From assembly GCA_030167865.1 (NCBI GenBank), contig JALAGF010003718.1, positions 1 to 41,660 of the forward strand: 41,660 nucleotides of DNA, written 5' to 3'. The stretch is from Craspedostauros australis (lineage: Eukaryota). Shown one piece after another: positions 1 to 10,176 of this stretch; position 1 is the stretch's first letter; the number at the start of each line of letters is the position of its first letter. The translations under genes and the position numbers were made by a program. Below the pieces are notes generated by a model. It did no database searches. It was given only the letters and a program-made list of their open reading frames with translations, and was not told the DNA's origin.

Positions 1-1164
1 TCAGTTCCTCAATTGGCTTGTCGAGAAGATGATGAATGGCCAAATGGTCACTGCCGCCGACGTGATCATGCATGCTGGCCACAACGATCCAATCATGGAC
101 GCACCTCCTTCTCCCATCCTATCATCGGCTGGTCCCATGCACTACCTGGAGCCTGATCCGGCCAAGGAGATCGACCGCATCCATGAAATGGCAAAGGAGA
201 TGGTGGATGCTGAAGAATCCGAGGAGGTCGTTTCTGCCGATGGTGCCAATCACAGAAGTGATGGAAATGAGGCTGCTCCAGGTGTGGTCCGTGTCAACCC
301 AACCTCATCCCCCACCCATGGAAAGCAAGATGTCGAGAAAGACGATGGCTCGTCAGATACATCTGATGATTCAGCTCTCGCCGCCATCAAGGCTGATCAA
401 AGACCATTGATGCACATGGGCTTCGTGATGGCCCTCGCAATCGGTACGCAAACAGTGACGGTCTGTTCTGCTCTGTTCTGCTCTGCTCGTGTTTGTTGGA
501 ACAGATCTCAAACTGCAAGTATAATATCATCTGGACTTGACTGTGTGGTGCACACCAAAAGACAACTCATCGATTCTCACCGTATCATTCCACCTTCTCT
601 GTGTATCTACTAATATTTGCGCCATTGCGTACGAACCTGTACCAATATGTATCAATGTGCATCAATGTGCATCAATGTGTACCAATGTGTACCAATATCA
701 ATCATTACTACTCAACATTCACCAACATCTAACATGTGACGACAGCCATCCACAACTTCCCGGAAGGCCTTGTGACCTTCGTCTCCTACGTGGATGATCC
801 GACCGTCGGCATCGCTCTTGCCGTCGGCATTGCTGTCCACAACATCCCCGAAGGTCTGTGTGTTGCCATGCCCATCTACTATGCCACTGGACGCCGCTGG
901 TACGCGTTCGGATGGGGGATCCTTTCCGGCGTCTCCGAACCAATCGGCGCATTGATCGGATGGGGCATCTTCTCCAGCACCTTCTCTGGCAACGCATACG
1001 GAATCGTCTTTGGGCTGGTCAGCGGAATGATGACCGTCATCTCCATCGACGAGCTGTTCCCAACCGCACAGCGTTACTGTCCAGATGACAGCAAGATTGT
1101 GACTTACTCCTTCCTATTTGGTGCATTTGCGATCGCATCTTCCTTGATGCTGTTCTCGGTGTAG
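1..1164 (+). CDS. ZIP-family (ZupT/GufA-like) divalent metal transporter, 5' partial; exons <1-443 and 746-1164
   Basis: Splicing GT444..AG745 joins ...MGFVMALAI-A-IHNFPEG in frame. A second ZIP signature HNIPEG, the SEPIGA segment, multiple TM helices and a long acidic loop are present. The frame is open from the window start. Confidence 0.92.
444..745 (+). other. GT-AG intron (302 nt) of the ZIP gene
   Basis: Donor G|GTACGC, branch-like CTAAC at 729-733, acceptor GACAG. Removal restores the ZIP motif. Confidence 0.9.
641..697. repeat. 10-bp tandem repeat (AYCAATRTGY, about 5.7 copies) inside the ZIP intron
   Basis: accaatatgt atcaatgtgc atcaatgtgc atcaatgtgt accaatgtgt accaata. Confidence 0.85.
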
Positions 1165-1632
1165 GTTCGATGTAGGCTGGTTGGTAGCTGTTGGACAGTT
1201 GGTGGGGCAGATGCTGGACATCTGCTGAACATCGGCTGGGCGGGATGCCTAACCTTGGAAGACGCATCAGGCTCCTTGCTCTGCGGGATCTCTGCAGGAG
1301 CACAGATTCATACTCAACTGCATTCGTACCGTAAAATGATCATTGCATGTCAGACAAGATGAACGAACAAAAACAAAAACTTGAACATTCTACTCGTATC
1401 TGTATCCTCGTATAATACCAAATACATACAACAATTTGTCCACCATTCCGAATCCATTCACAGCAGCACCCTCGATCGTGAGGTGTTCCGGACAAGCTTG
1501 GGAAAGGGGAGTGGGCAACACGACGGCTGATGTTGTGATTGATAGCGATCTTAAATGTGCACGAGCAAACGTTTTGATGGACTGGTGGTTCATGGCGGAT
1601 TTACACACTTTGCCACGTTCCAGAGTCCGATT

Positions 1633-4600
1633 TCAATTATTAAAGGAGCAAATAGATTCGAGATACGCAGCAGAACCATCCCGGAGCCATCCATCGAGTT
1701 GCGCAGGGTCCTTCAGTTGACTGCCGCGGAGTCTGGGAACGACGACGAAGCTGCAATCCACATCTTCGAGTGATGAGATGTCGCTCCACAATTTCTCGAA
1801 TTGTGCGGTCGGGAAGACGTCCTCCTGACCGTTGCCCCACCGTTTCTTCACATCCTTCAACGCAACGTAGGTTGGTAGCCTTTGTGAAAAATCAGACACC
1901 GCCTTGGCGACCTTCGTTGGATCGTCCAGGTCGTCTCGACTGAGTTGATACTTGCTGAGCAGTCCGTCGATGCGAATCCATGTCGTCATGGAGTTGTAAT
2001 AATCGAACTTGAACTCATCCTTCTCGTCGAACAGCGCGAGCCCCTCGACCAGCCGGGGCTTGCCGTCTACACGCGCGAGACCGCCGCCGACGTCTTCAAT
2101 TTGGCGCGGAATCACTTCAAAGCTGATGGTGGAATCACCAGAAATGAAGAGTCCGAGCATGCCAGGATCCACGTCGGCTCCCACGGTGTCGATGTTGTGC
2201 AACATCAGGTACTGCAGCTGGGGCCGTTCCTTCAGCAACGACCGCAGCGTCCCATTGAGCAGGAGGTTCGGGATCTCGTAGTAATGGCCGACGGGATGCA
2301 GGCATTGGAGAGGCTTGTTGTTGCGGTAGTCCGACGCCTCTCCGCAGGATGACGCCCACCCCATCAGCGCATGCCTTCCAGAGTCCTGAACCTTCTGCGC
2401 CTGTTCGTCAAGCTTTTGCTGCTGCTTCTCTTCCCAGGCAAATTTCAAATCACGAATGGTTGGCACCAATCGAAGCCCGATGGATTTGCCTCGCGACTGG
2501 TACACGGGTCCTTCGTAGGCATGATTCTGAACCCGATCCAAATAGCGACGGATGGGCTCGTCGGTCATGTGACTCGTGGTGACGATGTGAGGCATTGGCG
2601 TTCCAACCATTTCGGATATTCGGCGGCTCTTCGCCAGGTGGACTTCGAGGAAGCTGCGATGCTGATCGGAAATCTTACAAAATGGATGCAAGGCCTTCAC
2701 GCAACCAGCACCCTGCGTCCAGCGACTTCCAACTCCCGCAGCCAGCGTGACGACGGCAACGGCGCCCTTTCCAAGTTCGGTCTTGCCGAGTTCGATCATG
2801 TCTGGTGTAATCGCGTTCTCGCTGTGCACGACGTCGGTCGGTTCGCAGTTCTCGACAGAGACTGCACGGTCCAAACGATTTTGCTTCAGTCCGATGTCAC
2901 CGCTTCGGTAGGCCTCGCGCACACGTTCGTGGGAGTCCTGATCAAAGCCAAGATCTGTCAGAATGGCATCCAACGCCTTCTCATTCGATTCTTGAGGATG
3001 TTGTTGGATTGTTGACGCATCGCTATCAGCACCATCGTTGTCACGAGTGCCTGCCTGTTCCATGGCATCCTCTGTCTTGGTTTCGAAACCAGGCACGTCA
3101 CCTTCATGGAGTTGCGCAACGGTGCCGTGTTCGTTGATGGAGAAGTCGTACACGACGGGATCCATAGCAAATGGCAATGCATCCTCCATCTCCCGTTTGG
3201 TTTTCAGCATAATTTCTTGCATGCCGACTAAGGCCGCCTGCTTTGCTTCTGGTTTGAAGATGAAGCCCATGCCGCCACCGGAACAACCGCCCAGCATCCA
3301 GAAGCCCAGAAAATCGTCACCGAAACGCTCGCGTGCACGATCGATCAAGGTCTCCGTATACAGATTGGATGCCCACGGGATGATGGTCTGCAGCACTTCG
3401 TGGAAGTTGTAGGTTGTGAGTTTGGCGAGACGGGCGACATCGTTCGTCTTGAAGCATTCGAGGATGTCGTTCAGAATACCAAGAGCTTCTTGTCTGGCCT
3501 TCCATTCCTCCGCTTCTCGGAGGAGGTACTTTTCGGTGACCATTTCGAGGACCGGACCGACGTTCTGCGCCATTCCACCATGCACCAAGACCAAACTATC
3601 CTGTAGCGCCTTCGTCAGCGCCGGTGGTGCCTCCACCTCCGTCAGCTGACGGTGCAAGGGGAGCAGACGACCGCGGCTGAGACCGTATTCCGGATCCTGC
3701 GGCTTTGGCGCCACACCTTCGATGAGCTTGATGCCTGGCCACAGACCGCCGGAATCCTGCCATCCGCCACCGCTGCCACCCAACCATTCGCCGAGAATGG
3801 CACGGGCGGCCGCCAGCCGACGCTCGCTCTCCAGCAATTCTCCAGTCAGCTCGGACGTCTGTCCTGTCGCCCGCATGCAGATCGAGATGATCGATCCCAG
3901 CAGGTTAGTGGAGACGGCGAGGCGGGATCCCTTCGGAATGTCGTTGACGTTGGTCGTGAGATGCAGGCCCTTGCCCGGTCCGATCGTCTTACCGAACAGA
4001 TCCGCCAACGAAGCCGGTGATCCTTCCAACCCGGGCGGGACGATGCCCGATGCGATGATGCCGGCACGCAGCAGACCCAAATAATCGCCACAAAAATCAA
4101 AGACTTGCGAGATATGCGTCAACTCCACCGTGCATTTCAGATCGATCGACGTGAGCCGCAGCACCGGCGCGTCCTCGATCACGGCGAGGTAGCTTTCGAT
4201 GGGCGGGATGGGCGATGCGTGACGCCCGCGCACTGCCAGGTTCACGGATACGTTGAGAACGCGCGCGCCTTCGGGGAAATCCATGCCCAAAAAGAAGATG
4301 TCGCTCCATCCACAGTGAGACAGGTCCATTCGCACGGGTGTGCGTTCCACCAGCGGCTGTCCCAGCTGGATGAAGTCTTGGCGGAATGGATGAGGATGTT
4401 CCTGCTCGTCGACATCCTCCAACTGGAACATCCACGCGTTGCCAGGATGCTGCTGCACCGAGATGCGGACCTGATCGGCCAGAGTTTGGAATGCGAGATG
4501 GTAGTAAGCCTTGGCCAGCGCGCTGGAGATGGCCTGTGATGGTCCGCAATCGGTGTGGATCTTCAGGAAGACGTCAATGGCATTGCCAAAGTCGCGGTTG

Positions 4601-4884
4601 AGCAGGTGGAGGTACCCTTCGTGGGGGATGCTGCCTGTGGTGGGGACGTCGTCACGAACCAGGTAAAACCGATGGATAGCGTAGAGGAAGAACAAGGCCC
4701 GGACCTTCTCGTAGAGGTTGTCGGAGGCACGCACGAAGGAATCCAATGTTTGGCATTGCTCCAGCAGATCGGCCGTCGACATGCCGGAGCATTGCTCAGA
4801 TAGGGCGGCGTGGCGAACGGCATCATCTTTCGCCGTGATGATGTCAACCAGAGATGGTTTGGTGGCTGCATCATGGGATGCCAT
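1633..4884 (-). CDS. Bifunctional GHMP-superfamily sugar kinase / UDP-sugar pyrophosphorylase (UGPase/UAP-like) fusion, 1083 aa, intronless
   Basis: The first ATG is at 4884 (the ORF-track start 5022 is GTG). The N-half has GHMP-like motifs PVRMDLSH, PKGSRLAVST, GGGWQD and GGCSGGG. The C-half has nucleotidyltransferase motifs LAAGVGSRW..G.VKA, HPVGH, HNIDT, LVEG, YYNS and QFEK. Confidence 0.85.
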   Translation of the reverse strand: MASHDAATKPSLVDIITAKDDAVRHAALSEQCSGMSTADLLEQCQTLDSFVRASDNLYEKVRALFFLYAIHRFYLVRDDVPTTGSIPHEGYLHLLNRDFGNAIDVFLKIHTDCGPSQAISSALAKAYYHLAFQTLADQVRISVQQHPGNAWMFQLEDVDEQEHPHPFRQDFIQLGQPLVERTPVRMDLSHCGWSDIFFLGMDFPEGARVLNVSVNLAVRGRHASPIPPIESYLAVIEDAPVLRLTSIDLKCTVELTHISQVFDFCGDYLGLLRAGIIASGIVPPGLEGSPASLADLFGKTIGPGKGLHLTTNVNDIPKGSRLAVSTNLLGSIISICMRATGQTSELTGELLESERRLAAARAILGEWLGGSGGGWQDSGGLWPGIKLIEGVAPKPQDPEYGLSRGRLLPLHRQLTEVEAPPALTKALQDSLVLVHGGMAQNVGPVLEMVTEKYLLREAEEWKARQEALGILNDILECFKTNDVARLAKLTTYNFHEVLQTIIPWASNLYTETLIDRARERFGDDFLGFWMLGGCSGGGMGFIFKPEAKQAALVGMQEIMLKTKREMEDALPFAMDPVVYDFSINEHGTVAQLHEGDVPGFETKTEDAMEQAGTRDNDGADSDASTIQQHPQESNEKALDAILTDLGFDQDSHERVREAYRSGDIGLKQNRLDRAVSVENCEPTDVVHSENAITPDMIELGKTELGKGAVAVVTLAAGVGSRWTQGAGCVKALHPFCKISDQHRSFLEVHLAKSRRISEMVGTPMPHIVTTSHMTDEPIRRYLDRVQNHAYEGPVYQSRGKSIGLRLVPTIRDLKFAWEEKQQQKLDEQAQKVQDSGRHALMGWASSCGEASDYRNNKPLQCLHPVGHYYEIPNLLLNGTLRSLLKERPQLQYLMLHNIDTVGADVDPGMLGLFISGDSTISFEVIPRQIEDVGGGLARVDGKPRLVEGLALFDEKDEFKFDYYNSMTTWIRIDGLLSKYQLSRDDLDDPTKVAKAVSDFSQRLPTYVALKDVKKRWGNGQEDVFPTAQFEKLWSDISSLEDVDCSFVVVPRLRGSQLKDPAQLDGWLRDGSAAYLESICSFNN

Positions 4885-5506
4885 GATGGCTTGTGGTTGT
4901 GGTTGTGGCGATGGTGATGGCGATGGTGATGGCGATGGCGATGGTTCTTGTGGTTGGCAATGACGTGCACAAGTACAAACCAGGAGTACGGAAACTGCGC
5001 AGATTGTGTGCAAAAGCAACACTCGTTCTTGTTGAGTTCACGATCACGAAGATCGTGCACACACCCATGTCGGCAGAAACAACGTGCGTACCATGCATCT
5101 ATCTGTAAAGTTCAGGTAATTTATCTATTTGATTGTATTATTGGAGAACTCCGTCAAGTAACGGTTTCCAACGGTGGTACAACTTATACAATATTACCTG
5201 TATTTACCGCGTATCACGGTCTGCGTTTCGACGAATCTTGAGTGACGCACAAATGTGGTTGTTTCGTCACAATGGGTCGCGCTCGAATCAGACACACTCG
5301 TGCTGACAGAGACAGCAAACACAATCATTGCTTTTGCTCTCACTATCATCACAGGAAAGCTGCGGTGTTGACGGTGCGCGCTAGTTGCGGGTAGCGAAGG
5401 CGCGCTTCAAGTCGGAAGCTGGACGTGGAATCATCGCAATCGAGAGCAGAGCAGAGTAGTGGAGTCCGCACATGAGTGCAACATCGCAAACATCGGCGCC
5501 GATGAG

Positions 5507-7765
5507 ATGGATGTGGTCTGGCTGAAGCGGGATGTCCGACTCCAGGATCATGGGCCGCTGTCGGCCGTCTCGCTTTCACCCAATCCCGTACTCATCCTGT
5601 ACCTCTTCGAACCGGACCAACTGTGCGAATCTTCTGTGCATGGCAGCCATCTTGCCTTCATCCATGAGGGACTGCTCGATTTGGAAGCCACGCTATCAAC
5701 GGGTGCGATGGCATCATCGCCGACGCAACTGCCGCCGGCACAACGATCAGCACAAACATCAGCACAGGAGAAAGCGCCAGCAAGGATGACATCGTGTCCC
5801 AACCACGACAACGCTTTCAAATACATCACGGTCTGCTACAACGACGCGGTGGAGGCGCTCGATGCCTTCCACACCTGCGAAGGATACCCGCCCATCAAAC
5901 GACTCTTCGCCCATGAGGAGACCGGTCACTGGAAGTCCTACATGCGTGATCGAGCCGTGCGACGTTGGTGCAAAACGAATCGCGTTCCGTTCCTCGAATT
6001 CTCCCAAACCGGCGTCACGAGATGCTTGCAAGATCGAGATCACTTCTCCCAACGGCTCAATCGGTTCCTTTCGCAACCATTGCACGCCACGCCCAACGTA
6101 CGCAACCTGCGACCCAAGATCATTCAGGTGCGACGATCGCAACATGCTACGATGCAAAATTTCCAAACGACAACCACCACATCGCCAATCGCACCGACGG
6201 TCATTCGTCTTTGTCCCAAACGGTTGCATTGGGATACGTTCGATGCCGTGCCGGCAGCACACAGAACGGATCGGCCAAAACGCTCACAGGAAGGAGGAGA
6301 AAAGCTTGCGTTGGCCACGCTGCGATCTTTCCTCATGCATCGAGGTGCGGGTTATTCGCCAGGTATTTCGTCACCGAACACGTCCTGGACCACATGCAGC
6401 CGGCTATCGACGTACTTGAGTTGGGGACACATCTCCTTGCGCAAGGTTCTCGCAGCCTTGCGGCAACGGCAGGCCGAGATCCGGGCCCACCAGTCCAACG
6501 CACGTGTTTTCTTCGATTCGCGGTGGGAACGATCGCTGGGCGCATTTGCATCCCGCATCCACTGGCGGTCGCACTTCCTTCAAAAGCTGGAAAGTGAGCC
6601 AATGTTGGAAAAGAGGGATCTATGTGCAGCCTACCAACCCCTGCGCCGCCAGGAGGGGGATTGGAATGAGGCGCATTACCAGGCCTGGAGCACGGGCAAG
6701 ACCGGATTTCCATTCGTCGATGCCTGCATGCGCTGTCTCGTCCAGACTGGATGGCTCAATTTTCGGATGCGCGCCATGCTGGTGTCTTTTGCGACTCACA
6801 ATTTGTGGTTGGATTGGAAGCGCATAGCACCGCATTTGGCAAGGGTGTTTCTGGACTTTGAGCCCGGCATCCATTATCCGCAGCTTCAGATGCAGGCCGG
6901 GACGACCGGTATCAACGCGATGAGGGTGTACAGCGTCACGAAGCAAGCGAAGGAGCAGGATCCCAACGGTGAATTCATCCGCCGGTATGTATCTGAGCTA
7001 TCGAACGCGCCACCCAAGTACATCCACGAGCCGTGGAGGATGCCGCTTATCGTGCAACAGGAATGCAACATCACGATCTGCAAAAGTCCGTTGCAACCGG
7101 CCAAATCAAATGTCGGCAGTGTTGATGTTTTCGACTGCAACAACGGCGAGGGTACCAACAGCTGTGCCATTCGTCTCGCTCGTACTGCACCAATACGCTC
7201 TTACTATCCACGACCAATCGTGGACGAAAAGAAGACAGCAAAGTTGGCAAAAGATCGGCTCGCCGCAATCCGCAAAATGGACCAAACCAAGATCATGGCC
7301 GCCGGTGTGTATCAGAAGCATGGGAGTCGGAGTTCACGACGGGATCAGATGAACGGCTGCAAACCAAAAACACTGTCCGCGGTCGTGGAACATGACGATC
7401 CGACGAAGCAACACAAAATCACAGCTCTATTCGCGAGGAAAACCGATGTCAAGGCCATGCCTTTGCAATGCGATCTGGAGCAACATCATTCTGATCAAAG
7501 TGCCGCAGCAGTGTTGGATGCATCCAAAGCACCCGCGAGGGCTGACGAAACGAGGCAACGGGTGATACCGATTGGAATCTATAGGGGAAAGAGGCCGGCG
7601 CCGCGAGGGCCGATGCCGTCACAGAACAAACGGGCGAAAACCGACCAAGACGACATGGCAGCAGCCGACGGATGGAATTGCTTGGCATGCACATTCCGAA
7701 ACATGAAGCAGCTGGCATTGGCATGCGAAATCTGTGGAACACATCGATACGGGAATAAATCTTAA
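5507..7765 (+). CDS. Cryptochrome/photolyase family protein, 752 aa, with C-terminal RanBP2/NZF-type zinc finger, intronless
   Basis: The first ATG is at 5507 (track start 5459 is GTG). Motifs: WLKRDVRLQDH, SRLSTYLSWGHIS, WRSHF, GKTGFPFVDACMR, GWLNFRMR, FLDFEP, DPNGEFIRRYV. The C-terminus reads WNCLACTFRN..ACEICG. Confidence 0.93.
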   Translation: MDVVWLKRDVRLQDHGPLSAVSLSPNPVLILYLFEPDQLCESSVHGSHLAFIHEGLLDLEATLSTGAMASSPTQLPPAQRSAQTSAQEKAPARMTSCPNHDNAFKYITVCYNDAVEALDAFHTCEGYPPIKRLFAHEETGHWKSYMRDRAVRRWCKTNRVPFLEFSQTGVTRCLQDRDHFSQRLNRFLSQPLHATPNVRNLRPKIIQVRRSQHATMQNFQTTTTTSPIAPTVIRLCPKRLHWDTFDAVPAAHRTDRPKRSQEGGEKLALATLRSFLMHRGAGYSPGISSPNTSWTTCSRLSTYLSWGHISLRKVLAALRQRQAEIRAHQSNARVFFDSRWERSLGAFASRIHWRSHFLQKLESEPMLEKRDLCAAYQPLRRQEGDWNEAHYQAWSTGKTGFPFVDACMRCLVQTGWLNFRMRAMLVSFATHNLWLDWKRIAPHLARVFLDFEPGIHYPQLQMQAGTTGINAMRVYSVTKQAKEQDPNGEFIRRYVSELSNAPPKYIHEPWRMPLIVQQECNITICKSPLQPAKSNVGSVDVFDCNNGEGTNSCAIRLARTAPIRSYYPRPIVDEKKTAKLAKDRLAAIRKMDQTKIMAAGVYQKHGSRSSRRDQMNGCKPKTLSAVVEHDDPTKQHKITALFARKTDVKAMPLQCDLEQHHSDQSAAAVLDASKAPARADETRQRVIPIGIYRGKRPAPRGPMPSQNKRAKTDQDDMAAADGWNCLACTFRNMKQLALACEICGTHRYGNKS

Positions 7766-7959
7766 CTTCTGTGCTTGCGCCGTTGAAATGAACTGCAGGA
7801 CGAGAACAGTAGAATAGAGCACTCTAGAATACTCTTACATGGGCGTCAATCGAGGAGGTTTGAACGGATGAAATAAGAAGGGCCGCTGTGGAAATGCCCG
7901 CCTGCAATAGAACCAGTCCGGCATCCTATCCGCCTTCTCCTTTCAACCCCGTCAAACTG

Positions 7960-9309
7960 TTAGCCCTCCCAAACGTAACTTGTCCCTGTCGAGAAGTCCA
8001 CAATGGTGTCGCCTGGTTGATAATCATGGTCGTAGTCCAGCAAGAATTGCATGATCCACTTTTCGTGACGCTGCGACATGGCCTCGCTGTAATGCAAGAG
8101 CTCTGTCTTGCTCCGGTACAGCAGTGCGGTTCCTTCTTGAGGCAGTTGTGCAAAATCGTCTTCGGGAAATACGGTTCGACCACCGACGCCTTCTGGAAGC
8201 GTGTTGAGGTACAGAAGTAATGTGGCGTCCTTTCCATCGACATGAGGAGGGACTAGTATTTGGTGCCGTCGTTGCCGTCGTTATTGTCATTGCCAGTAGT
8301 ATGGAGGATGGAGTGAATGGCACATTGCAGAACATCATTTGTGAGAGAATGCGGTCCGTTGTCGAACAAGTGAATTTGGTGGGCGTGAATGAATGAATGA
8401 ACGAACCAACGAGCAACGAAACATACGAGGAGTGGCACCTTCAGCATTGGCCTGCACTGCGTATCCCAGGGCAATGTTCTGGTCATCTGCTGGCATACTT
8501 CATGCCTTTTATTTTTGCTTACCTCCGTCACCATGATCGTAGTATACAATCGTGCAATCCCGAACGACCACCGTCTTGGGCGTCGGCCGTATCCACGCCC
8601 CTTCCTCGTAGACAAAATCACGTTCCATCGACATCAATTGCAATATCCGGCTCTTCAGCAACGTCTCGATGACTTCCTGGTCGACACGCAATCGAAAACC
8701 GCCGGTATCCGTTGCCTTGAGCGCTGGGGCTTGACCATTCTCGCCGTTCGTACTACTGCTGCTGCCGCTGCCGTCAGTCGTCAAGTGCTCCTCGATCAGT
8801 TGCTTGCCTTCTTGGGTGATGCCATCCTGCTCAATCTCCTTGTTGACGCGTGCATTGAGGTAGTCGTCGCACTCTTGCGCGCCGTTCTGAATCGCTTGCG
8901 TTGCCCAGTTGCGCAGGAAGGCGCACTCATCCGCCGCGAGGAAGTTGGGGATTTCCAGAATTGGCGGCGAAGATTGACTGTGGCCATTTTCCGCATGCAC
9001 GCCCAGTGCGAACGATGCACCAGGGAAGGCGCGCAGGTTGGGTTGCATGCCCCATGTATCTTGGATGATGGCTGGGACAGCACTCACTTGTTCTGCCGTT
9101 GAAGCAAGGCGGGTGAAAGATGTGGCTGGTGACGCAATGGGCGCAAACCGCGCCGAACTGATCATGAGGCTTCGCGCATTGTTCGTTTTGTGTTGGACGA
9201 AGCACGATGGGAAGCCAGTCTGCTGGTTGTTCGCATCCGTGAGAACTGCTGAATGAAAGAGAACTGCAGCAATGGCGATGGTGGGACAGGTGCCAATCTT
9301 CTTCTTCAT
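7960..9309 (-). CDS. Prolyl 4-hydroxylase-like Fe(II)/2-oxoglutarate dioxygenase, 359 aa; exons 9309-8523 and 8252-7960 (intron 8522-8253)
   Basis: Exon 1 has a signal peptide and EIPNFLAADEC. Splicing G|GTAAGC..TAG gives V-PPHVDGKDATLLLYLN..GGRTVFP..LLHYS..EKW (HxD...H...K). Exon 2 lies in a frame absent from the ORF track. Confidence 0.88.
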
Positions 9310-10176
9310 CGTACTCTATGGAGCGGCAGAAGCACTGGTGGGCAGGGATCGCAAATACTATTCTGCTGGAGTGCTTTGTTGAGTTTGGCACGAAGAAAAA
9401 TGAAGGGTGATGTCGTTGTGTGTGCATTCACTCGAAGTATCGCGTTGTATGCTTGTGGACCAAAGGTCGTCCCATGCTCTTGCGCTTGCAGTGCCACATA
9501 AACCTGCGTGACCAATCACCATCCCTTCTTTGCCGCAACATGAAGGACTGTTGCGCCTGCGCACTCTTCTTCGACACCTCAACGACACTCATGCCATACA
9601 AGTCGTACTCGTACTCGTACTCTCACCATGACTTGGCATTGGCATGAGCCACGGAGACCAGAAGAAGGAACCAACGGCGTCGACGTGGTGCCTCCTGCAA
9701 TGACTCTACTACTGTTTCTACTGCTTCTGCTGTTTTCATTGACGGAGGCGTACAAATTGTACTGTTCCAACGAGAAATTCCGCCGTGCGTTTGTGGGTGT
9801 GCTTGTGCGCGGGAACAGGTTGCTCATCCGTCCACTTCAATCACTTTGTGAGTAGAAATGATCACGACCACCAGCTCGCAAGACCGGACTTTGACTACAT
9901 GGACTACAATGGAAGGATGTCATGAATTGAACCGTACGACTTACGCACGAACCACAACACAAAAACGAAAACAGAAAACGAAAACAGAATTCGCGGAGAA
10001 ATTACCCTTTGACACGCAAACCAACCACCGACACACATCACCAAAGAAAGATCCACCCAATCATCCAATTCATGTCTCTCACCTTCCCTCCAGTTTCGCG
10101 GGCCTCAGTTGTATCAGCAACACCAAGATTACCGTCAGAACCAACACCAACACCAACACCGACATCGACATCGACA

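Noticed and set aside
4885-5022. GTG-initiated N-terminal extension (hydrophobic stretch plus SP repeats) of the kinase/pyrophosphorylase
   Set aside because: There is no ATG, an in-frame stop lies at 5038-5040, and the SP/PQ run is a hexamer microsatellite. It is better explained as 5' UTR.
7926-8243. 105-aa minus-strand ORF as the dioxygenase second exon
   Set aside because: It is the wrong frame; the catalytic motifs are in the frame ending at 7960.
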